Source: Candidatus Poribacteria bacterium (GTDB taxonomy: Bacteria; Poribacteria; WGA-4E; PCPOR2b). Taken from it: a DNA stretch of 64,000 nt. The notes under the pieces were generated by a model, which did not search any database, was not told the origin of the DNA, and was given only the letters and a program-made list of their open reading frames with translations. Where the stretch lies: contig OZ244587.1 in NCBI GenBank assembly GCA_965218095.1, positions 224,001 to 288,000 of the forward strand. The letters run 5' to 3'. The position numbers were made by a program, and so were the translations under genes. Below are positions 1 through 9,321 of the stretch, one piece after another. Numbering within the stretch: the stretch's first letter is position 1; each line of letters starts with the position of its first letter.

Positions 1-1135
1 TGATCACTTTCCGCTGGTTGTTTGGCAGACCGGCAGCGGCACCCAGACGAACATGAACGTCAACGAAGTAATCTCCAATCGGGCAATCGAGATGCTTGGC
101 AGCGTCCTCGGCAGCAAAGAACCTATCCACCCCAACGACCACGTCAACAAGTCGCAGTCCACCAACGACGCTTTCCCAACGGCTATCCATGTCGCCGTCA
201 TTGACCGTATTCACCGGCGCCTGATTCCTGCGGTGACCGCCCTGCGCGATGCGCTGGCAGATAAAGCTGAAGCTTTTAAGGATATTGTGAAAACTGGGCG
301 CACCCACTTGCAGGATGCGACCCCACTGACATTAGGGCAAGAGTTTTCTGGCTATGTGGCGCAATTGAAAAATTCGCTTCGTGCGATAGATCACTGCTTA
401 CCACACCTGTACGAACTGCCGATTGGTGGGACGGCGGTCGGCACCGGGTTGAATACCCACCCGGAATATGCGACGAAAGCAGCCGCGGCGATTGCGAAGC
501 GAACTGGCTTTCCGTTCGTGACGGCGCCCAACAAGTTTGAAGCCCTTGCCGCCCGAGACGCCATCGTCGAGGCAAGCGGCGCATTCAAAACGCTGGCATG
601 TGCGTTGAACAAAATTGCAAATGACCTCCGCTGGCTTGGCAGCGGTCCACGTTGTGGGATTGGCGAGCTCTCGTTACCGGAGAACGAGCCGGGGAGCTCG
701 ATTATGCCCGGGAAAGTGAATCCGACGCAATGCGAAGCCATGACGATGGTTTGCGCACAGGTCATCGGCAACGACACAACGATTGTGCTGGCCGGCGCAT
801 CGGGCAACTTCGAGTTGAATGTATTTATGCCCGTCATTGCTTTTAATGCCCTTCAATCGATCCGCTTGCTCGGAGACGCCTGCAATTCATTCAACGAAAA
901 CTGTGTCGTCGGTATCAAGCCAAAACGAGAGAAGATTCAGGGTTACCTGAATGACTCGCTGATGCTCGTCACCGCGCTTAATCCGTACATTGGCTACGAC
1001 AATGCAGCGTTGGTCGCCAAAACTGCTCACCAACAGGGAAAAACCTTGCGGCAGGTCACGGTCGAACTGAATTTGCTGACCGAGGAAGAATTTGATAGTG
1101 TAGTTGTGCCAAGCCAGATGATCGGTCCCAAGTAA
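1..1135 (+). CDS. fumC: Class II fumarate hydratase (5' end outside window)
   Basis: Frame open from base 2 ([19 protein letters not shown]); motifs [29 protein letters not shown]. Confidence 0.97.
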   Translation, partial: DHFPLVVWQTGSGTQTNMNVNEVISNRAIEMLGSVLGSKEPIHPNDHVNKSQSTNDAFPTAIHVAVIDRIHRRLIPAVTALRDALADKAEAFKDIVKTGRTHLQDATPLTLGQEFSGYVAQLKNSLRAIDHCLPHLYELPIGGTAVGTGLNTHPEYATKAAAAIAKRTGFPFVTAPNKFEALAARDAIVEASGAFKTLACALNKIANDLRWLGSGPRCGIGELSLPENEPGSSIMPGKVNPTQCEAMTMVCAQVIGNDTTIVLAGASGNFELNVFMPVIAFNALQSIRLLGDACNSFNENCVVGIKPKREKIQGYLNDSLMLVTALNPYIGYDNAALVAKTAHQQGKTLRQVTVELNLLTEEEFDSVVVPSQMIGPK

Positions 1136-1169
1136 ATGAAGGTGGTGCATAATTCGCTGGAAATACTGG

Positions 1170-1202
1170 AGAAACCGAGTTTTTTCGAAAATCTCGGTTT
1201 CT
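1170..1202. repeat. Palindromic REP-like hairpin, possible fumC terminator
   Basis: AGAAACCGAGTTTTT-TCG-AAAATCTCGGTTTCT inverted repeat 35 bp after the fumC stop. Confidence 0.6.
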
Positions 1203-1293
1203 GCTGCGAGTCTGACCCCGATTCATTATGTATAGGACTCTGAATTCGGAGGGGAGCCAATGCCGAATGCGACGGTAAAGGTCGCGGGATTCC

Positions 1294-1700
1294 TTGAGCA
1301 CTGGGCTATCGCTGATGATGCAGGCAAGTTCCGATTTGAGAACCTCGCGCCGGTGCTGTCGCCCTGGTTTCAACAGCTTCAACCATATTTCACAAAATGG
1401 GGGTGAAGGCATCGGCATCCAAGACGGTTCCCGATTTATGATTCAGAACAACCACCTGCTTGCTAATAATGATGACGAGATGTTCCACAACGATTCGATG
1501 AGGGACGTGATCGACAACACAATCTCGCAAAACAAAGGGAGTGGTATGCAGTGGAGCCGCACAACGTGAACCATCACCGGAAATACCATAACGGTCAACA
1601 ACGACGGCGACCTGAATCAATCGTTCGATTATGGGGCTGTGATCTCTGATGCAGTTAAACAAGTAACCCTCAAAGATAACACAATCGAAGAAAGTGGAGC
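1294..1700 (+). pseudogene. Fragment of right-handed beta-helix repeat protein
   Basis: NHISQNGGEGI, NTISQNKGSGM and ITGNTITVN repeats; broken by TGA at 1567-1569 and frameshifts. Confidence 0.5.
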
Positions 1701-1800
1701 AGTAAGTGTACTGCTTATCAGGTTTTCGGTTGACAGGGACAAATAGATCGGGTATGATGTAGTAAAATTCGGGCATAAAAATACGAGGAGAGACACACGG

Positions 1801-2265
1801 ATGCACAATAGACCTCATATTTCAATTCTTTTTACACGACTATTGTTGATTGGCATCATTCTCGGCGGGTGTGATGAAACGGGCTTGGGAGGAAGCGAAT
1901 CGGTTAGCCTGCTCAAAGGAGAGCCGGTCATTCTGGACTCTGCCCTCGCAGTTAACGTCAACGATGATCGCCCGGATGGAATTGCTGACACTTTTTTTGA
2001 CACGAGCGATCGGATTTACTTGTGGATCTTTTGGGTGAACGTCAAAGGGCGGCACACGGTTGAAGTCAACTGGTTTTCGCCGGAGGACGAATTGGACGAC
2101 CCACCGTTTCGAGCGGACCAGGAGATCTTCACTTCCTCAACGGGGGATCAGATCACTTGGTTCTTTATAGATGCTCCCTCAGATGGCTTTCCCGATGGCG
2201 AGTGGTTTGTCGAAATCTTTTTGGACGGGCTGTTTGAGCGGAGCCATGTGTTTGATGTCAGGTAA
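1801..2265 (+). CDS. Putative lipoprotein with Ig-like fold
   Basis: GAGGAG SD upstream; hydrophobic signal ending LGGC; beta-rich C-terminus (GEWFVEIFLDG). Confidence 0.75.
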   Translation: MHNRPHISILFTRLLLIGIILGGCDETGLGGSESVSLLKGEPVILDSALAVNVNDDRPDGIADTFFDTSDRIYLWIFWVNVKGRHTVEVNWFSPEDELDDPPFRADQEIFTSSTGDQITWFFIDAPSDGFPDGEWFVEIFLDGLFERSHVFDVR

Positions 2266-2523
2266 CTCAGCACATTTGCCAAAATCTCACTTTTCCTAAC
2301 CACTGATTATCTTTATTGGTGAAATCAGAGTTTTGGAAGAGATTGCAAAAAGCTGATTCTCGGCGGTTTCCACTCATATTCAGATCGTATTGTGCTTTCA
2401 TTGGTTTTGCTTAGGGAGTCCTTCATCTGCTCTACAACCCGAGTTGAATGGAGATATCGGATTCGCCTCTGTTGACCAAGATACTCTTGTTCATGAATAC
2501 TCTTCCATCTTGTCACAGCTTCC

Positions 2524-2853
2524 TTGATAAACTCAAAGCAGGTAAATAATACGTTAATTCAAGACAATCTCAATACCCATTGCCCGGCTTCTTTCTATGC
2601 GGCATTTAGCTTGGCTCAACGATTCGAGATGCACTACACGCCTAAAAAGGCGAGTTGGCTGAATATGGTTGAAATTGAACTGTCGGTATTATCAAAACAG
2701 TGTTTGTCCCGTCGGATAGGGGAGATTGCCCTCATGACCGATGAAGTTGAGGCTTGGGTAGCAGATCGGAATCGCAAGCGAGCCACCATCAACTGGCAGT
2801 TTACGAAGAACCAAGCTCGTGAGAAGTTTTGTAGGTACTATCCTAACCCCTGA
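2524..2853 (+). mobile_element. IS630-family transposase C-terminal remnant
   Basis: QDNLNTH...HYTPKKASWLNMVEIE...INWQFT motif of the IS630 DDE domain. Confidence 0.85.
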
Positions 2854-3069
2854 CAATTGTAACCGGTCACGCGGTTGGAGAATGGGGGAGTTAGATGAAC
2901 CACTTATCACTCACCATTGAGCAACTCGGATAGCCTGTCAGGATTTATTTAACAGAACCTAGAGCTGCTTGTTATGCCATTTGTTACCAGTCAATGTTTC
3001 GCTTTCGCAAATATGGTTTGTGTCAATGCTGTCGCATCATCCTTAAAGGCATCAAATTCTTGAATATTC

Positions 3070-3375
3070 TTATCTCTGATACCAAAACCTAGCTTGCAGC
3101 AATTCTTGATTCCTACTTCCCAAAGAGCTGGTTAGACAATCGAGGTAAGCGCGTAATTCTTCCTGGTTCATATCAAAATCCGGATTTTTCCGCTTCGATT
3201 TCAGGAAAGGGATTATGCCACTGCCAACCCGTTTTGCATTTTGAACGACCTTCAGGATGTGGTGGGTCCAGATGCCGTAACCGAAGATGTTGGTATCAGC
3301 GGCGCAAGCCTGTTCAACAATCCGCTCAATTTTGTTCCTCATGGTTTCAATGGGGAATTGTGGTAGATTTTTCAT
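3070..3375 (-). pseudogene. Chimeric remnant: N-terminus of an HD-domain-like protein joined to unrelated sequence
   Basis: FGYGIWTHHILKVVQNAK resembles an HD-protein N-terminus; no HD core follows. Confidence 0.4.
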
Positions 3376-3546
3376 CGTTCAAACCTCCTGCGCTCTCATA
3401 TTGATTCTTGAACATCTAGTGAGTGCTCGATGTGGCATAAGAAATGAGTTTATCGGATATAAAACCGTAGATTTCCGCCATCAACGGAAACGACGGGGTC
3501 GATGATTTTCCCTATCTTCCCATATCAGGAGTTTATCCTTCAGATG

Positions 3547-4260
3547 CTACTGTTTTTCCCATTCCATGAAAAGAAACAACGGAATCCGACGAAGTTGCTC
3601 TAATCGACGCGAAGCTTGTATCTGCTTATCCGTCGGCACCGGCTCATGGAAGTGTGTCAATCGAAACTCTAGGTGAATAAGCGGATTGATGAAGTCTGTA
3701 AGAGGCATGTGCCTGAAAAGCACAGGGTGTCTAAATTTGTCAGTGATGTGTTCGTCCCAGACCTGCCGCTTGAAATAGGATTGGCGATTTGAGAAGCAAG
3801 GATGAAGAATGCTCATCAGCAGAAGACCGTTCTTTTTGAGGACGCGATGTACTTCAGAAATGCTTCCCTCATAATCTTCTACGTCCATTAGGCTCATTGA
3901 GGCAAGGACAATGTCAAATGAATCTGCCCCAATACCATGAAGATAATTGGCATTCCGGACCAGAAACGTAATCGGTTCATCTGAGCTAGCCTTTGCAATG
4001 TTGATTAACCGTTCACTGCCATCAATCCCAGTGACATCTGCTCTCCGCTTCGTGAATGCACGACAATAACCACCCTCGCCACATCCCAGATCCAGAATCT
4101 TCTTGCCTGACACATCACCAAGTCGCTCAAAAGTAACAGGCATCAGAAACAGATTACGATAGTCGTTGGTATCGGCGTGTCGTGCCCAATCATCCGCAAT
4201 TCTATCCCATGACTGAGTTGAACTATCTTCTTTCATGAGTATTCCTACCTCATTTGCCAT
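3547..4260 (-). CDS. Class I SAM-dependent methyltransferase
   Basis: ILDLGCGEG motif I, VTGIDGSE, FDIVLASMSLMD, VLKKNG. Confidence 0.92.
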   Translation of the reverse strand: MANEVGILMKEDSSTQSWDRIADDWARHADTNDYRNLFLMPVTFERLGDVSGKKILDLGCGEGGYCRAFTKRRADVTGIDGSERLINIAKASSDEPITFLVRNANYLHGIGADSFDIVLASMSLMDVEDYEGSISEVHRVLKKNGLLLMSILHPCFSNRQSYFKRQVWDEHITDKFRHPVLFRHMPLTDFINPLIHLEFRLTHFHEPVPTDKQIQASRRLEQLRRIPLFLFMEWEKQ

Positions 4261-4309
4261 CTAAAGAGTTGTTATTGTGACATTGTAACTCTTATTAAAC
4301 AAACACACC

Positions 4310-4829
4310 TCAACATCCTGTTTCTCGAAACTCAGGCGAATATCTCACTCTGGCGGTCACGCCTACCAATGCGTTCTCCCTCAGTTCTAAGACCCTGAAA
4401 GCTTCCTCCGCATTGTATTCGTTACTAAGACTGTAGTTGCTAGCTCTCCCGAAGCCAAAGCGCGAGTAGTATGCTGGGGGACCTAACACAACCACAGCGT
4501 CGTATCCAGCGGCGCGACATACTTTCAATCCTTCTCGAATTAGGCGTGAACCGATACCTTGCTTCTGATACTCAGGAATGGACACCAATAGGACCTAAAG
4601 CAACGGCGCAGAAGCTAGAGCGAGGCGGATGCAGTGTAACCGGCGAGAACAAAACATGCGCTACCACTTGATTGTTGAGTGTAGCGACGAAAGAAACCAG
4701 CACTTTGTTGGCTGCATGGAGTTGTGCAACGAGTTGTGCCTCGTTGGGATGACCCTTAAATGCTTGCTCATGCACATGGCAAATAAAGCTAAGTTCCTCT
4801 GATTTCGAGTGTCGAATTTTAATCGTCAT
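4310..4829 (-). pseudogene. YhbS-like GNAT N-acetyltransferase, frameshifted near 4575
   Basis: N-half (VVAHVLFSPV...ALGPIGV) and C-half (PEYQKQGIGSRLI...VVVLGPPAYYSRFGF) are in different frames. Confidence 0.85.
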
Positions 4830-4948
4830 GAGTCCTCCATAGTAGCGAAAACACCGCCTACCGACTAAGTTCAGTTGTCCGCTACACGAGACCAGAACCG
4901 CGGGAATTTGCCGAAACACGTTCGGCAAACTAAAGTTGCCGTCAACTA

Positions 4949-5776
4949 GGTTCTGTTGACATTTGAGTATAAGGTTGTGGCATAATAGAAGAATGATGCC
5001 AATAACCTTACCCGATGACCAATGGAAAAAGATATACTCGTTTCTTCTAACTTGTCCCAACATCTATGTTGGCAACGAAGCGACAACACGCCGCTTTATC
5101 GAAACTGTTCTCTGGGCGACCCGTAGCGGTGCTCAATGGCGGATTCTGCCAGACACCTATGGTAAATCGAACACCCTCTATAAGCGTTTTGCTCGGTGGT
5201 GCGACAAAGGGGTCTTCACACAGATCCACCACCACTTCGCCGCCGACCCCGATATCGAGTCGCTTATTGTGGACAGTACAATCATTCGAGCGCACCCGTG
5301 TGCGGCGGGTGCCGAAAAAAAAAGGGTGGCACTGAAAACCAAGCGTTAGGTCGGTCTCGCGGGGGATTCAGTACAAAAATTCACATCACAGTTGACGGCC
5401 TGGGTAATCCACTAAGAATTCATCTGACCCCCGGTCAAAGAAACGACATAGCGGAAGCAGAAGGGTTGATACTTGGATATAAAAGCGAGTATGTGATTGG
5501 AGACATGGAGACAAGGGATATGACTCCGACAATTTTATCGCGGTTATTGAGGCGAATGGAGCGATTGCGGTGATACCGCCAAAAAGTCATCGTGTGGATC
5601 AAAGAGATTACGACAAACATCTGTACAAAGAGAGACATCGGGTTGAATGTTTCATTAACAAGATAAAATGGTATCGCCGCATCTTCTCTCGGTTCGAGAA
5701 GTTATCTATCCGTTATTTTGGATTTCTCAGCTTTGTCGCCACTCTTATATGGCTCCCTTGAAATGTCAACAGAACC
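4949..5776 (+). mobile_element. IS5-family element (two-ORF, -1 frameshift type), copy 1
   Basis: TIRs GGTTCTGTTGACATTT at both ends in CTAG context; orfA (RSGAQWR, DSTIIRAH), A9-GGG slippery site at 5315-5326, orfB (GRSRGGFSTKIH, YKERHRVECF); extra frameshift near 5500. Confidence 0.95.
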
Positions 5777-5812
5777 TAGTACACTGTTAAATAAGTCTTG
5801 ATAGTCTTGTTC

Positions 5813-5932
5813 GCTGTGGATTGCCGTTCGCTGAGACTTCGGCATGAGTTCAGTCGAACGCTAACGACTTCGACGAGCTCAGTCGAGTCGTCGAAGCCAG
5901 TCGAATGCTCACGCTGAAGCCAAATCCACAGC
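5813..5932. repeat. Nested palindromic repeat cluster (CTTCGAC..GCTCAGTCGA family)
   Basis: GCTGTGGATT...AATCCACAGC arms enclose several cttcg(a/g)c..gag(c/t)tcagtcga units. Confidence 0.65.
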
Positions 5933-6026
5933 ACAAGTGTCGCAAATTATAAGGTGCCAAAAATCGGGATTGAACAAGGATTTTGAGAATTCACTTGGTT
6001 TCTGATTAGCTCAAAGTGGTATAATA

Positions 6027-6955
6027 ACCCAAGTTGCTACCTATTGCAAATCCATGGGTTTTCCGTTAAAGTTGAGGTGTTCAACCATAACCTCAATAAC
6101 CTCAAAGGAGAAACCCATGGACATCCAAATTGTAACCGTTTTCTATCTGTGTGACAAGCTCTTAGAAGCATTCAACCCAAAACTCAATCCACAAACTCAG
6201 ATGTCTGACGCCGAAGTTATGACCACCGCTGTCGTTGCTGCTCTCTTTTTCGATGCCAACTTCCAAACGGCTCGCGATTTTCTTCAAACTCATGGCTATA
6301 TACCAAATATGCTCTCAAAGAGTCGATTCAATCGACAACTTCATCGAATGAAACCGATGTTCATTACACTGTTCAAAATCTTGGCACAAAGCTTTGTGCA
6401 ACTCAATCAACAGAAGTTGTATGCGCTGGATACTGTGACAATATTCGCATTCATCGGTCAAAAACCCACACAGATGAGGCATTTCGAGGCTATCAAGCGT
6501 CCAAACATCGGTATTTCTACGGCTTGAAGGTTCATCTGCTGGTGACCGCCGCCCAACACCCCGTTGAATTTTTTGTGACCCCAGCGAGCACAGGAGACGT
6601 CGAAGGCTTACAGTGGTTTGACTTCGACTTGCCACCGGGCAGCCGGGTCTACGGCGACAAAGCGTACAATAACTATGAGATAGAAGATATTGTTGCAGCA
6701 GTTGAAGTGGAATTGAAGCCAATACGCAAGAAGCATTCAAAACGAGCATATCCGCCATGGGAGACCTATTTGGCTAATTACTATCGTAAGTCTGTTGAGA
6801 CGGCTGGAAGTTTGATTGAGAGACTGCTTCCGCGTTGTATCCATGCGGTGACGCGACAGGGATTTGAATTGAAAGTGGTCTTGTTTGTACTGGCTAGTAG
6901 TATCAATCAGCTCTGAGTTCACTCACATATTCGATGAATAGGTGGCAACTTGAGT
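6027..6955 (+). mobile_element. IS982-family element with frameshifted transposase
   Basis: TIRs ACCCAAGTTGCTACCTA / TAGGTGGCAACTTGAGT; 7-bp TSD TATAATA (6020-6026, 6956-6962); motifs MSDAEVMT, SKSRFNR, YGDKAY, IHAVTRQGFELKV. Confidence 0.93.
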
Positions 6956-6962
6956 TATAATA

Positions 6963-7280
6963 ACCTAAAGACTGCAACTGATTGCTATCAGACGAACTTC
7001 CCCTTCTCCATCAAGTTTGGGTTTTCGAGATGGGGTGCTCTGCTTTTGGCGTTCCAAAGCGATGGAAAGCCCTTGTTCGACAAAACGTTTTCGAACATTA
7101 TGTGCCGCCTTGCTATGGCACCCAAAGGCTTCGGCGAGTTGCTCATTCATCCAGTTGGGGTCATCCGCATCCGCTTTTAGCAAGATGTTTGATTTTGTAG
7201 GCCTGGGTTTTTCCTTTTCGTACCCATTCCGTCAAACACTAGCGTTCTTCTTCCGTAAATCTGACAACATATTTAATCAT
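6963..7280 (-). mobile_element. IS630-family N-terminal HTH remnant
   Basis: MIKYVVRFTEEER* ... ILLKADAD...VRKRFVEQGL...KLDGEGEVRLIAISCS. Confidence 0.75.
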
Positions 7281-7524
7281 GTCGGTTTTCCCCTGTTCAG
7301 TTTATTATGGACCGACTTTGTTTGTCAAGTTTTAAGCAAGTTTCAATATAAACTATCAACTTTAAAGTTCGCGCACAATTGGCGTGGGTTTTCAATCTTC
7401 AATGTTGCTTACAAAATTAAAGTGGACAAACCTAGTACGTAATGGGCTAACAAGGTGCCTCCGGATGGCAATTCCGACGCGCTCAATTACCGTAACTGAA
7501 CTTATTCGTTAGGAGGAATATATT

Positions 7525-8637
7525 ATGAAACGTAAGACTGCTATTGTTGTTCTTTTTTGCTTTGTGAGTTTCACTTTTATCAGTATCGTACTGGAGGGAC
7601 ATCCCGAAAACCATGCTGAGCAGCAAGTCACCCCAGAAGCACAACAGGAGGGCAGGAGACGAATTGTATTTGATACAACGCTGTACGGGTTGCTGTTGTA
7701 CGGACCTGGTACAGTCAATCTGTTAGACGTTGAATCAGCTCGCCAGATAGTCGGAATAGAGCTGCTCTTTGGCAGCGGGGCATTTTGGAGCGCGCTAAAG
7801 CTTACCGAAAACCATCGGCTCGGCGCCGGACGTTCCAAACTTATGCGCTGGGGGAGTTACGCGGGTACACTTTTTGGACTCGGTGTCCCTATATTCTTTG
7901 AAATTGAAGCCGAGAACGATAAGGCGTATTGGGCAGCGGCGATGCTTGGTGCTCCTTTGGGTGGGTTAACCGCTAACAGGTTGAGTTCTCACAGATGGTT
8001 TGAGAAGGGTGAAACGGATCTACTGACCAACGGCGGATTGATTGGAGGTTTGTACGGCCTCGCGATTCCGTATCTCATCAACATTGAGAACCTTGAAAAT
8101 TGGAATGAGGCAAAAATCTACACGGCGTCCGCAATGGTCGGCGTCCCGGCTGGCGTCTGGACGACATCACGATTGATTCGGGATAAATCAATTTCACCAG
8201 GTCGGGCGCATCTCATCTCTCTCGGAGGCGTTGTCGGGGCTGCCTATGCCGCCGGACTAGTCCACCTTGCGGGGGTGGAGTTAGACGAAGAACATCTGCG
8301 CCCCTATGTGTTCGCCGCCATGCTCGGCTTACCGCTTGGAACGTATCTCGGCCATCAATTGACTGATAAAGATGAGTACACGATCGGCAGGGCGAGATTG
8401 ATAACCCTGGGTGCATTTGTCGGTGCCTTTTCCGGTACCGGAGCCCTTCTCCTTGCTGATGTCAGCTGGGAGAATACCAAATCATACGTGTTGGCAAACA
8501 TCCTTGGTTCCGCGCTTGGACTTTGGTACACACACCGTTTCACTCGAGACTGGGGCGAAAAACCCGTTTCTGCGAGCAGCGATCAGCCAGCCCTTGATGA
8601 GGGCTTCTCTATGGAATTGATGCGCATCTCGTTCTGA
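7525..8637 (+). CDS. Multi-pass Gly-rich membrane protein of unknown function
   Basis: AGGAGG SD, signal-like N-terminus, repeated hydrophobic helix pairs (AAAMLGAPLGG, ASAMVGVPAG, AAMLGLPLG). Confidence 0.8.
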   Translation: MKRKTAIVVLFCFVSFTFISIVLEGHPENHAEQQVTPEAQQEGRRRIVFDTTLYGLLLYGPGTVNLLDVESARQIVGIELLFGSGAFWSALKLTENHRLGAGRSKLMRWGSYAGTLFGLGVPIFFEIEAENDKAYWAAAMLGAPLGGLTANRLSSHRWFEKGETDLLTNGGLIGGLYGLAIPYLINIENLENWNEAKIYTASAMVGVPAGVWTTSRLIRDKSISPGRAHLISLGGVVGAAYAAGLVHLAGVELDEEHLRPYVFAAMLGLPLGTYLGHQLTDKDEYTIGRARLITLGAFVGAFSGTGALLLADVSWENTKSYVLANILGSALGLWYTHRFTRDWGEKPVSASSDQPALDEGFSMELMRISF

Positions 8638-8702
8638 TCGGAGATTATTACACTGTAACATTGGTTTTGACATGTACAACAATCTGCGTCAGAAGGGGGG
8701 CT

Positions 8703-8905
8703 CGTAAAACATAATGCGTAATACGTAAATAAGCCTGTCCCTTCGGCTGGTTCAGGGCGGGCTCTTGAGCGCAGCGAAGGGAGACTTTTTCTTACGCTTC
8801 ACGTTTTACTCTTTACGACTCGACCGAGCGGTTTGGCTGAACTCACCGAAGCCTCGTCGAGGTCCGAGCTCTGCTGAAGTCTGAGCTCAGTCGAACAGCA
8901 ATCCA
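8703..8905. repeat. Heptamer repeats flanking nested palindromic repeats
   Basis: cgtaaaa/cgtaata heptamers and their inverted copies around cccttcggctggttcagg...agcgaaggg, followed by nested gagctcagtcga units. Confidence 0.6.
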
Positions 8906-8968
8906 AGCCGAACAGGAAATGGTTGCGTTTGACTTCATGACTCAGCCGCCAGACCAAGGAACAATTCC

Positions 8969-9166
8969 ATGTCGAAATCAAAGGCTAACGTGACTGCATT
9001 GTCAATCGGTCCCAAACACCACTTCTTCAGTTACTACGGTATCAATCCGTGGGACCCAATTCACCACCACCTCGCTCTCGAAACTGATTTTCATGAGCGT
9101 TGCCCCGATGTGGGTGACATCGCTCAAGTCGGTCCTATCCATTATGAACCACCCTCATTTATCTGA
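8969..9166 (+). pseudogene. N-terminal remnant of a conserved hypothetical protein
   Basis: KHHFFSYYGINPW-type N-terminal motif, truncated at 65 aa. Confidence 0.4.
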
Positions 9167-9321
9167 CAACGCACAATCCGCGCTCACCGCTCATTCTACA
9201 CAAAAAAATCGCATTCGCATCTGATCATTTGCCCCCGATGTGCATCATGATATAATAGAGGGCAATGACGTTGATGTGATTGCCACCTATAATCCATATA
9301 ATCCACACGACATCGGGAGCG

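Noticed and set aside
2951-2962. AACAGAACCTAG resembling an IS5 end, and an IS982-like end near 17726-17740
   Set aside because: Orphan short matches without a paired terminus or clear transposase
3070-4945. Small co-oriented genes (GNAT, methyltransferase, HD remnant) as integron cassettes
   Set aside because: No convincing attC (RYYYAAC...GTTRRRY) sites and no integrase
5813-8905. Repeat clusters as CRISPR arrays
   Set aside because: Units are degenerate, nested and lack regular unique spacers; no cas genes
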